Origin: an uncultured Myxococcales bacterium
GTDB lineage: Bacteria; Myxococcota_A; UBA9160; UBA4427
DNA length: 64,000 nucleotides
NCBI GenBank assembly: GCA_965603475.1
Contig: CBFDDD010000002.1
Coordinates: 57,531-121,530, forward strand
Reading direction: 5' to 3'
Part shown: positions 1 to 9,824 of the stretch, one piece after another
Numbering within the stretch: position 1 is the stretch's first letter
Layout: every line of letters starts with the position of its first letter
The notes under the pieces: model-generated
The model's database searches: none
Seen by the model: only the letters and a program-made list of their open reading frames with translations
Told to the model about the DNA's origin: nothing
Position numbers and translations under genes: made by a program

Positions 1-308
1 TTCTGGCTCGATCCTGCGGCGATGACTGACGTTCTTGCACGGATCGAATAGGTGTCCGGCATCACACATCGCCCGGATAGGCTGCATATTCTTTGCTTTC
101 AGACGGTTAATCCCGGCGTGACCTACTGTCACAGTTGCATGTCCCGCCGTGAGCCCCCATTATCTCGTCCTAATCCCGAACGGCTGGTCGGGCGATAAGA
201 GAAGAGACAGTTAGTTTACTACGCGTACGTATTTACAGAAGATCGATGAGAAGGCCGGCTGTGTTTGATGCACGGAGCGGAGCTCGTCGTGGAGGCAATG
301 ACGGAATC

Positions 309-836
309 ATGAAACGACGAACTTTTACTTCGACTAACATTCGCTGGGTCCCCATTTTTCTCGCAGCGCTTCTCGCCTTCACGGCGGGATGTGCCTCGAC
401 GCCGGAACCGGTGGATGAGGAGCCGGGTGAGGCGGTCGATAGCGAGTTCAATGATGCTGCGAATCAAGCGCCCGAGGTCGTGGAGGACACGAATGTCTCG
501 AACAGTTCACTCAAGATCGCTCCTGTCTACTTCGATTTCGACAGGTCCGAGATTCGGTCCGAATTCGAGCCGATCCTGGGTAGCGCCGCGAGGGACCTCA
601 AGGATCGGAACGCGACAGTCGTGATCGAAGGCCACACCGACGAGCGTGGATCCGCTGACTACAATGTCGCCCTCGGGGAGCGTCGCGCTGGTGCGGTTCG
701 CAAGTACCTCTACAACCTGGGTGTCCCGATGAATCAGATGACCATCGTCAGTTACGGTGAAGCACAGCCGGCTGTGAGTGGCACGGGCGAGACCGCCTGG
801 CAACTGAACCGTCGCGCCGAATTCCGGGTTCGCTGA
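309..836 (+). CDS. pal: Peptidoglycan-associated lipoprotein (Pal/OmpA C-terminal domain)
   Basis: Lipobox FTAGC; OmpA-like motifs VYFDFDRSEI, IEGHTDERGSADYNVALGERRA and NRRAEF. Start placed at ATG 309 (MKRRTF...) rather than the ORF-track start at 246. Confidence 0.9.
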   Translation: MKRRTFTSTNIRWVPIFLAALLAFTAGCASTPEPVDEEPGEAVDSEFNDAANQAPEVVEDTNVSNSSLKIAPVYFDFDRSEIRSEFEPILGSAARDLKDRNATVVIEGHTDERGSADYNVALGERRAGAVRKYLYNLGVPMNQMTIVSYGEAQPAVSGTGETAWQLNRRAEFRVR

Positions 837-878
837 CCAGCGACGGAAAGAACCACAGACGGGGTTGGCCCGTATTGG

Positions 879-920
879 AGCCGGTAGGTGCCTTGGGGTG
901 CCTACCGGCTTTTTCGTTTT
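879..920 (+). terminator. Rho-independent terminator after pal
   Basis: Hairpin AGCCGGTAGGTGCC-TTGG-GGTGCCTACCGGCT (two G-U pairs) followed by TTTTTCGTTTT. Confidence 0.8.
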
Positions 921-1048
921 CCGACCGAGAACCGCCGAACTCCCTTGGCTCTGCCAGCCACGCGGTGATAACGTAGGTATCCGGGTGCAGAGCCGCGCCC
1001 GTAGAACCAGCCCGAAATCACTGCGACTCAGCAAGATGGAGACCCCCC

Positions 1049-2692
1049 ATGCCCCTTCACGGTGGAAAACTCGCGGCCAAGGCCCTCAAAGAAGCCGGCG
1101 TCGAAGTCATCTTCACACTCTCCGGCGGCCATATCATGCCCCTCTATGACGGGTGTATCGACGAAGGCATCAAGATCGTCGATGTGCGCCATGAGCAGGC
1201 TGCGGTTCATGCTGCCGATTCATGGGCCCGCTGCAATCCGGGCAAGATCGGCGTTGCGGCGATCACGGCCGGTCCCGGGGTCACGGACGGTGTAACCGGC
1301 ATCGCCAACGCCTGGCGCGCAAATTCTCCGATCCTCATCTTTGGTGGTCAGGGACCTTTCGAGAACCTTCGCCGCGGTTCGCTGCAGGAGATGGATCATC
1401 TCGGTGTGGTTCGCCCGATCACGAAATACTGTGACGCGATCTATGAGACCAAACGGATTCCGGAATACATCGAATTGGCGGTGCGCCATGCAGTGTCCGG
1501 TATTCCCGGGCCGGCCTATCTCGAGATTCCGATGGATATCTTCATGGGTTCCGTGGAGGAAGAGGTCGTCATCCCGAAGATTCGGACCGAGCCGCCGCGG
1601 CTATCGCCCGACCGGGTCGAGATCCAGAACGCGATCGATATCCTTCGTACGGCGGAGCGACCGATGTTGATGGCGGGAACCAGCGTCAAGTGGTCGAAGG
1701 CTGGCCCGGAGATGAACCGGTTCATCTCCGAGACGCACATGCCGACCTACACGAACGGCATGGGCCGCGGCAGCGTCCCGCCGGACTCGCCCGAATTCCT
1801 GAGTCGCTCGCGACGCGATGCGCTCCAGAAAATCGACTGCATCATCCTGGCCGGCACGTTGCTCGATTTCCGAATGCGTTTCGGACAGACCATTCCGGCC
1901 GATGCGAAGATCATCCAACTCGACATGGACGCGACGCTGATCGGTCAGAACCGTCAGACAGACGTTCCGCTCGTGGGCAACCTCGCCTGCTCCTTCGAGG
2001 GAATGCTCGAAGAGATGAAGAGCCAGAGCGTCCAGCTCGACTTTTCGAGCTGGCGTGACGAGCTGCGCGAGATCGAAATCGAAGCAGAGAAGAAGGTCGA
2101 GGCGAATCTCAATAGCGATGAGGTTCCGATCGATCCGCAGCGAATGTGTCGCGAAGTTCGCGATTGGCTGGAAACGCTGAACGACCCGATCGTCATCGGC
2201 GACGGGGGTGATATCGTGGCGACGGCCGCGAAGATTCTTCCAGTTCGTAAAGAAGGAGCGTGGATGGATCCCGGCCCGCTCGGGACTCTCGGCGTCGGTA
2301 TGCCCTTTGCGCTCGCGGCTCAGCTCGCCCATCCCGATCGGGCCGTCGTAATTGTCTACGGAGACGGCTCCTTCGGCTTCAACGGCATGGAATTCGACAC
2401 CGCCGTACGATTCGGTCTTCCGATCATCGGAATCGTCGGAAATGACGGCGCCTGGGGCCAGATGATGCGACCGCAGGGCGCAATCTATGGTTGGGATCGA
2501 CTGGAGGGCGTGCTCCTCAATCGAACCCGCTACGACAAGGTGGTCGAGGCGCTTGGGGGTCATGGTGAATACGTGACCGAGCCCGATAAGTTGCGGCCCG
2601 CGTTCGAACGGGCGGCGGCTTCGGGTTTGCCTGCGTTGATCAATGTCGACATCCGACAGGATCGCGAGTACAGCGGCGGGATCTACGTCTAG
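1049..2692 (+). CDS. Thiamine pyrophosphate-dependent enzyme, acetolactate synthase-like / 2-hydroxyacyl-CoA lyase (ILVBL-like) family
   Basis: FTLSGGHI, catalytic RHEQAA, DPGPLGTLGVG and TPP-binding GDGSFGF...GND motifs; GGAGA RBS. No small regulatory subunit (ilvN) is adjacent. Confidence 0.85.
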   Translation: MPLHGGKLAAKALKEAGVEVIFTLSGGHIMPLYDGCIDEGIKIVDVRHEQAAVHAADSWARCNPGKIGVAAITAGPGVTDGVTGIANAWRANSPILIFGGQGPFENLRRGSLQEMDHLGVVRPITKYCDAIYETKRIPEYIELAVRHAVSGIPGPAYLEIPMDIFMGSVEEEVVIPKIRTEPPRLSPDRVEIQNAIDILRTAERPMLMAGTSVKWSKAGPEMNRFISETHMPTYTNGMGRGSVPPDSPEFLSRSRRDALQKIDCIILAGTLLDFRMRFGQTIPADAKIIQLDMDATLIGQNRQTDVPLVGNLACSFEGMLEEMKSQSVQLDFSSWRDELREIEIEAEKKVEANLNSDEVPIDPQRMCREVRDWLETLNDPIVIGDGGDIVATAAKILPVRKEGAWMDPGPLGTLGVGMPFALAAQLAHPDRAVVIVYGDGSFGFNGMEFDTAVRFGLPIIGIVGNDGAWGQMMRPQGAIYGWDRLEGVLLNRTRYDKVVEALGGHGEYVTEPDKLRPAFERAAASGLPALINVDIRQDREYSGGIYV

Positions 2693-2752
2693 CGCTTTCG
2701 CTGTTTTCGCGATGGGCTTTGTGATTGGATCACGCCCGGAGGAGGATCCGCC

Positions 2753-5662
2753 TTGGAGTTTCGGGTCGAGCGTCGTGATCCCGCATCCATCGGGCTCGCG
2801 CTCGACGCTCTGGCTCCGTGGCTCGAGGTGGTTGGGCCCGTGGCGGTCGTCGATCTCGAAACGACGGGCCTGCCGGAGAGCCGTTCCGCCGAGATTCTGG
2901 AAATCGGAATACTGCTACTCGAGCCGGGTCAAACGACCGTTGGCGTAGCCAACTCGCTGGTGAGACCGAGCCGCGGGATTCCCAGCCTCGTGAGCCGCTT
3001 GACCGGGCTTTTCGACGAAGACGTCAGCGCCGCACCCACACTCTCGATGATTCGTGACAAGACGCGCGAAATCCTCGATGGGCGCGTGCTGGTTGCCCAT
3101 CAAACAGAGTTCGAACGGAGCTTCCTGAAGCGCGACATCGATTCGAGCTTTGGGACTGCCCTCTATCTCGACACCCAGGAGATTCTCTCCCTCACGCATC
3201 CAGACGCGCCGGATCTCAGACTGGAGACGTTCACGCGACTCTTGCTGGGTCGGGAAGAACGTCACCGTGCACTCGAAGACGCGGTCGATGCGGCTTGTGT
3301 TCTCGCCGAACTGGCGAAGCGGGCGAGTGCGGGCGAGCGCCGGTATCGCGAAGCAGGTCGCATTCTCGACCGACATCTCGATCGATCTCCCTGGAGTGCG
3401 TTGTTGACACCGAAGGTTGCCCGAGCGGACTCGGATTTCGACGCCGAGGACTTCGCCGACTATGCGAAAAACGCTGCATCAGCGGAGTCGATCGAGGTAG
3501 AGGATTCGGACGAACGATTCCTGCAGATCGGCGAGAGCGACGAGAAGCCGGTGCCATTCGAGGTCGATGCGATTCTGCAGGCCCTCGCTGATCCGGAACG
3601 CGGTGCTAGGCATTTTCCCGGGTACTACGTACGTGAAGAGCAGCTCGAACTTGCACGGGAGTTCGTGACCGTGCTTGCGGACGGTGGTGTCGCGAGGCTC
3701 GAGGGTGGGACGGGTGTTGGTAAATCCCTGGCCTATCTCGCAGCGGCGATTCCGTTTGCGGTCCAGCGCTCGCAGGAGGGCAGCAAGGAGCCCGTCGTTT
3801 TGTCGACGCGAACGAAACTCCTACAGGATCAACTACTCCAGAAAGACATCGCTGCAGCGGCGCGATTTCTAGGTTATCCGGAACTTCGTGCGCTCTCGAT
3901 CAAAGGTCGTGCGAACTACATTTGCGAACGTCGTCTGTCGGCGTCACTCGCTGAGGCCCGCGATCCCGGCCTTCTGGACGATCTGCTCTCGGACTACGCC
4001 CTGCTCGAGGCTTGTGCCCGTATCAGGCCGCACGGTGAAGTGGGTACGATCCCGGCCGCGCTCTTGCGGCGACATCCGAGACTTCGCGAATTGTTGCGGG
4101 CGAGTGTCGCGGCTCGGGCGGAGCAATGTTCCCGAGAACAATGCGCACACGAGCGCGAGTGTCCGTTTGGTCGACATCGGAAGTCATTGGGGAAGGCGCA
4201 TCTCGTCGTTGCCAATCATGATCTCCTACTGCGCTGGCCGCCCGACTACCCGAGCTTCTCTCACGTCATCATGGATGAAGGTCACGAGGTAGGCGGAGTT
4301 GCGGAAGAAGTCTATGCGCTGAGAATTCGGCCGGAAGATGTTGCAGAACGACTGGACGAGCTCTTTGGAAAGCCTGTTCGAGGCGGGCAGAGGCGTTATG
4401 CGAGTTCTGGACTCGTTGCACCGCCTGATTCGCGCGGCGAGGAGACGGCCCTACGTCAGAACCGACGCGACCTGATGCTAGAACTGACTGGCCTCGGCCG
4501 AACCATGGCGGATCGCGCCGACGCGTTCGGAGGCTCTGAACTACCGATCGATGCCTGGGAGAAGAATCCGACGGCCGCTGCGATCGCTGAGAGCGCTGCG
4601 ACACGGCTGGAAGCTCTGGCAGATCAAGCTGGGCGTGAGGGTCCGGCCCGGGACTCAGGGCGCGACGATGAGGCGGAGGAAGATAGAGAGGAGGACGCGA
4701 AGCGCGCGATCGGTGCGCATAGCGAAGCGCTCGTGGATGCCGCGCACGGATTGCGGACCGCATTCGGATCCGACAATCAAGCCTACGTGGGCGCCTTCGA
4801 AGGGCTGGAATCTCCATACGATCACTGGTCGCTCGTCCTGCGGCCGGTCGCACCCGGCGAGGCATTTCGAGAGCAGTTTCTCGGACGCGTCGAGAGTCTT
4901 GCGATCGTTTCGGCGACGCTCTTCGTCGGGGGCGACGATCATGCGGCGCTCGGTGAAGTCGGTCTCGGCGAGCGTGATCTTCCAGATAGTTGGAGCCGTG
5001 CTGTGGGTTCACCTTTTCCCTACGACCGTGCCATGCGTGTCGTGGCGATCGATGGCGGTGGGGAGCTCGTCGAAGAAACGGCGCAGACGCTGGCGATCCT
5101 CGCCCGCACTCTGGGTGGGCGAACGCTCGGACTCTTCACGAGCCTTGCCCGGATGCGCGAGACGGCTGATCGATTGAATACTCTGCTTGCGGGAGAAGGA
5201 ATCGAGGTTCTGCTTCCTCGTCGAGCGGGCGATGATCCCGGCGCACTGGTGGAACGCTTTCAGAAGGCGCGGGGGGGAGCAGTTTTGTTAGGCGCGCGTC
5301 GTTTCTGGCAGGGAATCGACGTGCGCGGCGACGATCTACAAGCCGTCGTGATCGAGAAGCTTCCCTTCGACGTTCCTACGGAACTCCGGCGTCGACGGGA
5401 CTCCCGTCTACGTGAAGCCGGGGAAGACCCGTTCACGCGCTCTTCGCTCGGACGAATGCTGCTGCATTTGAAGCAGATGATCGGTCGGTTGATTCGGAGC
5501 GAAACCGATCGGGGGATCGTCGTCATCGTCGACGCCCGTCATGACCGAGGTTATTTCCGTCGCCTGCCGGATGCGTTGCCGGACGGGACGAAAATCGAAA
5601 TCGCCCCGAGAGAGGATCTACCTCGAATCGCGGACGAGCTGGGACTCGGTGGATCGAATTGA
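2753..5662 (+). CDS. dinG: DEDDh 3'-5' exonuclease fused to a DinG/YoaA-family helicase
   Basis: N-terminal DLETTGL, AHQTEFE and HRALEDA; Walker A GTGVGKS; motif II DEGH; Cys cluster NYIC...CSREQCAHERECPF; FWQGIDV; QMIGRLIRS. TTG start with GGAGGAGG RBS. Confidence 0.88.
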   Translation: MEFRVERRDPASIGLALDALAPWLEVVGPVAVVDLETTGLPESRSAEILEIGILLLEPGQTTVGVANSLVRPSRGIPSLVSRLTGLFDEDVSAAPTLSMIRDKTREILDGRVLVAHQTEFERSFLKRDIDSSFGTALYLDTQEILSLTHPDAPDLRLETFTRLLLGREERHRALEDAVDAACVLAELAKRASAGERRYREAGRILDRHLDRSPWSALLTPKVARADSDFDAEDFADYAKNAASAESIEVEDSDERFLQIGESDEKPVPFEVDAILQALADPERGARHFPGYYVREEQLELAREFVTVLADGGVARLEGGTGVGKSLAYLAAAIPFAVQRSQEGSKEPVVLSTRTKLLQDQLLQKDIAAAARFLGYPELRALSIKGRANYICERRLSASLAEARDPGLLDDLLSDYALLEACARIRPHGEVGTIPAALLRRHPRLRELLRASVAARAEQCSREQCAHERECPFGRHRKSLGKAHLVVANHDLLLRWPPDYPSFSHVIMDEGHEVGGVAEEVYALRIRPEDVAERLDELFGKPVRGGQRRYASSGLVAPPDSRGEETALRQNRRDLMLELTGLGRTMADRADAFGGSELPIDAWEKNPTAAAIAESAATRLEALADQAGREGPARDSGRDDEAEEDREEDAKRAIGAHSEALVDAAHGLRTAFGSDNQAYVGAFEGLESPYDHWSLVLRPVAPGEAFREQFLGRVESLAIVSATLFVGGDDHAALGEVGLGERDLPDSWSRAVGSPFPYDRAMRVVAIDGGGELVEETAQTLAILARTLGGRTLGLFTSLARMRETADRLNTLLAGEGIEVLLPRRAGDDPGALVERFQKARGGAVLLGARRFWQGIDVRGDDLQAVVIEKLPFDVPTELRRRRDSRLREAGEDPFTRSSLGRMLLHLKQMIGRLIRSETDRGIVVIVDARHDRGYFRRLPDALPDGTKIEIAPREDLPRIADELGLGGSN

Positions 5663-5727
5663 GTAGTCGAGCTGCATTTTTTCTTGTGTCGCGAGAACAT
5701 CTTTCTGTATGGGTTAAAAAACCTACA

Positions 5728-5773
5728 CAATGGTCTGATAGTGATTGACGTAGGCTGACCATGGGTCATGCTT
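5728..5773 (+). promoter_or_regulatory. Candidate sigma70 promoter and operator(s) upstream of the fab cluster
   Basis: TTGACG at 5745-5750 with a weak -10 (CATGCT) ~16-17 nt downstream. Perfect inverted repeat TGACC-ATG-GGTCA (5756-5768) lies in the spacer; TGGTCTGA lies just upstream of the -35. Confidence 0.35.
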
Positions 5774-6038
5774 GGGAAGCAGGGGTGATGTACTTCAAGA
5801 ATTTGCGAGAGATTTGCAGTTCGGACCTCCATCCACCGCTATTTTCAAGCTCAGGCCTCGCTCTTGCGTGGCCTGTGGGCGACCGTTGCAGCCAGCCGAT
5901 CCGGCCCAGGAGGGGTGGGACCCGCCCGGAAAGCTGCGGTCGTCGTCGCCTGAGCTCCGCGAGATTTGAGCGCCTGCGACCGGGACTGTCGTCGAAGCGA
6001 GAGGCGAACCGAGAGGCGATCGGTTCAGCAAGCGCGAA

Positions 6039-7028
6039 TTGAAGGGGATTCTCTTGGGCAAGAAGCAGGCTACGAACGATTCTGGAGAACATTTTCCGAG
6101 CAACGAATGGGCATTGATTCTTGGTGGCTCGAGTGGGTTTGGTCTTGCGACGGCGAAGCGCCTTGCGCGTGCCGGACTGAATATCCTGATCGTTCATCGG
6201 GATCGTCGCGGAGCCATGAAGGCCATCCAGCCACATTTCGATGAGCTGGCCGAGTTCGGTACGGGACTTCATATCTGGAATGCCGATGCCATCAGTTCGG
6301 ACAAGCGATCGGAGACGATCGACTCGATCGCCGAGGCGATTGGACCCGACGGCCGCATCCGGGTGCTGCTGCACTCGATCGCCTTCGGGAATCTAAAACT
6401 CATCGCGCCCGAAAAACTCGAGAAACGCACGGCGGGTCCGAATCTCGCCAAGAGGCTCGGAGTCGATCCCGCGAAGCTGACCGAGATTGCCGACGAGCTC
6501 TTCGATGAAGGTGAGGACGGACTTCATCCTCTGACGTCGGCCCCCAGCTATCCCGATAGCTCTTACCTGGACGAGGAAGATTTCAGTCGCACGATCCTGG
6601 CGATGGGTACCAGCCTGCTGGGTTGGACCCAGGATCTTTTCAAGCGGGGCCTTTTCGCTCCTGATACTCGAATCTTCGGGCTGACCAGTGAGGGAAACGA
6701 GGTCGCCTGGCGAGGCTATGCAGCCGTTTCCGCGGCGAAGGTCTCTCTCGAGGCACTCTCCCGATCCATCGCGATCGAATTCGGTCCCTATGGCATCCGC
6801 TGCAACGTGATCCAGGCCGGGGTGACCAACACCCCTGCCCTTCGCGCTATTCCCGGCAGCGATCAGCTCAAGAGTCAGGCTCGACTTCGAAATCCCGGCT
6901 GTCGACTGACCACCCCTGAAGACGTCGCGGGCGTGATCTTCCTGCTCTCACAAGATGAAGCGAGTTGGATCAATGGCGAAGTCATTCGGGTCGACGGCGG
7001 GGAGCATATCTCTGGTGCGACGCGATGA
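6039..7028 (+). CDS. Enoyl-ACP reductase-like SDR (FabL/FabI type)
   Basis: Rossmann GGSSGFG; YX6K catalytic motif (YAAVSAAK); CNVIQAGVTNTPAL; first gene of the fab cluster. Start codon uncertain (TTG). Confidence 0.8.
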   Translation: MKGILLGKKQATNDSGEHFPSNEWALILGGSSGFGLATAKRLARAGLNILIVHRDRRGAMKAIQPHFDELAEFGTGLHIWNADAISSDKRSETIDSIAEAIGPDGRIRVLLHSIAFGNLKLIAPEKLEKRTAGPNLAKRLGVDPAKLTEIADELFDEGEDGLHPLTSAPSYPDSSYLDEEDFSRTILAMGTSLLGWTQDLFKRGLFAPDTRIFGLTSEGNEVAWRGYAAVSAAKVSLEALSRSIAIEFGPYGIRCNVIQAGVTNTPALRAIPGSDQLKSQARLRNPGCRLTTPEDVAGVIFLLSQDEASWINGEVIRVDGGEHISGATR

Positions 7029-7052
7029 TGACGGATAGCTGAGGGTACAGTC

Positions 7053-8048
7053 TTGAGCTTGAACCTGTTGGGATTGGGTCATTTCCATCCCGAGAACGAG
7101 ATAACGAATCAGTTCCTCGAGGACCTCGACATTGGCACCAATGACGAGTGGATTCTCGAGCGAACGGGCATTCGCAGCCGCAGAACAGCGCTGCCCCTCG
7201 ACTATATTCGGGAGACGCGGAACAAAGATCCGCGCGCCGCGGTCGAGTCCGCGGTGATCTCCAATGCCGAGTCCGGCGCTCGGGCCGCCGAGATGGCGCT
7301 TTCCCGCGCCGGAATTGCTGCCAGCGACGTCGGACTCTTGATAGGCGGTGGCTGCGCGCCGGATACAGTGACGCCTGCAGAAGCCTGCAATATCGGTGCA
7401 GCGCTCGGTGTCGAAGCACCTTGTCTCGACATCAACTCCGCGTGCTCGAGTTTCATTGCGGGTATCTACATGCTCTCGATGATGGATCCGACAAAACTGC
7501 CTCCGATCGTTCTGCTCGTCACAGCGGAGCCCATGACGGGGACAGTCGACTACAGCGATCGCTCTTCAGCCGTACTCTGGGGGGATGGTGCCCTCGCTGG
7601 GGTGCTGTCGACCAAGGAGACTGGGCGCGCGTCGCTCGTGGGCCAGACACTCACGAGTAATCCCGCCGGCCGAGAGAAAATCGTCATTCCTAGGCTCGGC
7701 CATTTTCGCCAGGAAGGTCGGACCGTTCAGAGCTTTGCGATTCGGAAAACCTCCAACCGCTATCTCTCTATGCGAGAGTCCTTCAGGCAGGACGATCGGG
7801 CCTTTCACTTCGTGGGCCACCAGGCAAATCTACGAATGCTCGAGTCCGTGTGTCGTCGCTGCGAGATTCCCAACGACCTCCATCATTCCAATTGTGAATT
7901 TTTCGGCAATACGGGGGGCGCAAGCTCCGGTGGCGTAATCTCCCAGAACTGGGACAAATGGACCCCAAGAGACGACATCAGCGTGGTTGGTGTCGGTGCG
8001 GGGCTGACCTGGGGCAGCTATCTGATGCGCTTCAATGAGGACGACTGA
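7053..8048 (+). CDS. fabH: 3-oxoacyl-ACP synthase III
   Basis: WILERTGIRSR; Cys-His-Asn triad (SACSSF, HQAN, GNTG); GVGAGLTWG. Confidence 0.9.
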   Translation: MSLNLLGLGHFHPENEITNQFLEDLDIGTNDEWILERTGIRSRRTALPLDYIRETRNKDPRAAVESAVISNAESGARAAEMALSRAGIAASDVGLLIGGGCAPDTVTPAEACNIGAALGVEAPCLDINSACSSFIAGIYMLSMMDPTKLPPIVLLVTAEPMTGTVDYSDRSSAVLWGDGALAGVLSTKETGRASLVGQTLTSNPAGREKIVIPRLGHFRQEGRTVQSFAIRKTSNRYLSMRESFRQDDRAFHFVGHQANLRMLESVCRRCEIPNDLHHSNCEFFGNTGGASSGGVISQNWDKWTPRDDISVVGVGAGLTWGSYLMRFNEDD

Positions 8049-8054
8049 ATAACG

Positions 8055-8648
8055 ATGCTGACCCATGCTGAATTTCTTGGCCGCAATGCCTTCACGAAGC
8101 CGGATCTGCTGGCCTTCGCCTACGGCCGTCTGATCGAGAACCCGCCGGAGGGGTTTCGGGCGCGTCTACCCTTGCCGCCGATGCTCATGGTCGACCGGAT
8201 CGACCATATCAGCGCCGACAAGAGCCGAGGCAAGCTGAGTGCCTCGCGCGATGTCCAGCTCGATGATTGGTTCTTTCATTGTCATTTCCTCGATGATCCG
8301 GTTCAACCTGGATGTCTCGGACTCGACGGAGTCTGGCAGCTGCTTGGCTTCTATTGCAATTGGCGTGGTGGAGTAGGGACGGGTCGCGCCCTAGGTTGTG
8401 GTGAGGTCGAGTTCTTCGGACAGATTCGGCCGCATGACGGAGTGATGCGCTACGAGGTTCAGGTGAAGCGATACACCGAGCTCAAGAATGCGGGAGCCTC
8501 GATGATCATCGGAGACGCCCAGGTTCTGATCGACGATGAGGAAATCTATACGGTGAAGGGAGCCCGGGTCGGGTTGTTTCGAGACATCGACTATCCGGAT
8601 TATCCCTATGAATCAAAGAATGCCCACGGCGGAAGGAACGAAGCATGA
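8055..8648 (+). CDS. fabA: 3-hydroxyacyl-ACP dehydratase/isomerase, FabA type
   Basis: LPLPPMLMVDRI; WFFHCHFLDDPVQPGCLGLD (His-Asp dyad typical of FabA); GRALGCGEVEFFGQI. Confidence 0.9.
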   Translation: MLTHAEFLGRNAFTKPDLLAFAYGRLIENPPEGFRARLPLPPMLMVDRIDHISADKSRGKLSASRDVQLDDWFFHCHFLDDPVQPGCLGLDGVWQLLGFYCNWRGGVGTGRALGCGEVEFFGQIRPHDGVMRYEVQVKRYTELKNAGASMIIGDAQVLIDDEEIYTVKGARVGLFRDIDYPDYPYESKNAHGGRNEA

Positions 8649-9373
8649 GCGATCAGCCTGTCGCCCTCGTGACCGGTGGCGGAACCGGAATTGGTGCAGC
8701 CTGTTGTCGCCAGCTGGCCGCCGAAGGCTTTCGAGTCGGCATCCACTATCGATCGAGTGAGGAAAAGGCCAAGAAGCTAGCCGCCGAGCTGGATGGTGCG
8801 TTTACGATCAAGGCCGATTTGATGGATTCGGAGTCTCTGGATGCGCTCGTGAAGGAGCTGAAAGAAGTGGCCGGCCGGATCGATGTTCTCGTCAATAACG
8901 CGGGATACAACATCAATGCGCCGATGCTCGCGATGAAACTCGACGAATACGATGCTGTGGCCAGTGTGGCGCGAGGCACCTGGTACCTGACGAAGCTCGT
9001 GTTGCGCCGGTTCATGTTGCGAAAGGGAACGGGGCGCGTCATCAATATTTCGAGTGTCGTGGGTCATACCGGTAATCCAGGCCAGATTCCGTATACGATG
9101 GTCAAGGCCGGCCTCGATGCCTTCACAAAGTCGCTCGCTCAGGAACTCGCGGGTCGCGATATCCTTGTGAACGCGGTCGCACCGGGCTTCATCGATACCG
9201 AGATGACGGAAGAACTACCCGAAGAAGTGAAGGAGGCGATTCTGTCCAAGATTCCCATGGGCAGAACCGGCAAAGCCGACGAGATTGCGGATGTGGTCGC
9301 GTTTCTGGCCACACGCGGAAGCTATGTCAACGGCAGCGTGCTTCACGTGAACGGAGGCATGTACGGTGGGTGA
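8645..9373 (+). CDS. fabG: 3-oxoacyl-ACP reductase
   Basis: TGGGTGIG, NNAG, ISSVVG, YTMVK and VAPGFIDTEM; ATGA overlap with fabA. Confidence 0.9.
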   Translation: MSDQPVALVTGGGTGIGAACCRQLAAEGFRVGIHYRSSEEKAKKLAAELDGAFTIKADLMDSESLDALVKELKEVAGRIDVLVNNAGYNINAPMLAMKLDEYDAVASVARGTWYLTKLVLRRFMLRKGTGRVINISSVVGHTGNPGQIPYTMVKAGLDAFTKSLAQELAGRDILVNAVAPGFIDTEMTEELPEEVKEAILSKIPMGRTGKADEIADVVAFLATRGSYVNGSVLHVNGGMYGG

Positions 9374-9824
9374 TAGCCTGACGAGGGAAGAAGTACTCGC
9401 GATGGTGCCCCAACAGGAGCCCTTCCGTTTCATCGACGAAATTGTCGAACTCGACGCGGAGCATATCGTGGCGCGGCATACATTCTCGCCGGACGCTGAC
9501 TTCTATCGTGGTCATTTTCCCGGCAACCCGATCACGCCTGGCGTGATATTGATCGAGACTGCGGCTCAAGCCGCAGTGGTTGCATTCGGCATCTATCTCT
9601 ACGCACTCGAGACGTCACGCGAGGATGTCGACAAATTGCTGACGATTTTCACGGACTGCAATATCGACTTTTCGGGCACGGTCCGGCCGGGAGATCGCGT
9701 CGAGACGACCGGACGAATCAAGTTCTTTCGCCGCAAGAAGTTGCGAGCGACCTTTGAGATGACGATCGATGATGGGACAGTCGTTTGTTCAGGAGAACTG
9801 TCCGGAATGGGAGTACCGAGATGA
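9366..9824 (+). CDS. fabZ: 3-hydroxyacyl-ACP dehydratase, FabZ type
   Basis: PQQEPFRFIDEI; GHFPGNPITPGVILIE (His-Glu dyad typical of FabZ); VRPGD. Confidence 0.85.
   Translation: MGDSLTREEVLAMVPQQEPFRFIDEIVELDAEHIVARHTFSPDADFYRGHFPGNPITPGVILIETAAQAAVVAFGIYLYALETSREDVDKLLTIFTDCNIDFSGTVRPGDRVETTGRIKFFRRKKLRATFEMTIDDGTVVCSGELSGMGVPR

Noticed and set aside
1-51. Open frame FWLDPAAMTDVLARIE* at the window start
   Set aside because: Probably the 3' end of an upstream gene, but too short to assign.
5880-5990. GC-rich hairpin upstream of the fab cluster as SRP or 6S RNA
   Set aside because: Lacks the SRP GGAA-loop/GCAG motifs and the 6S central bubble; such pairing is expected by chance at this GC content.
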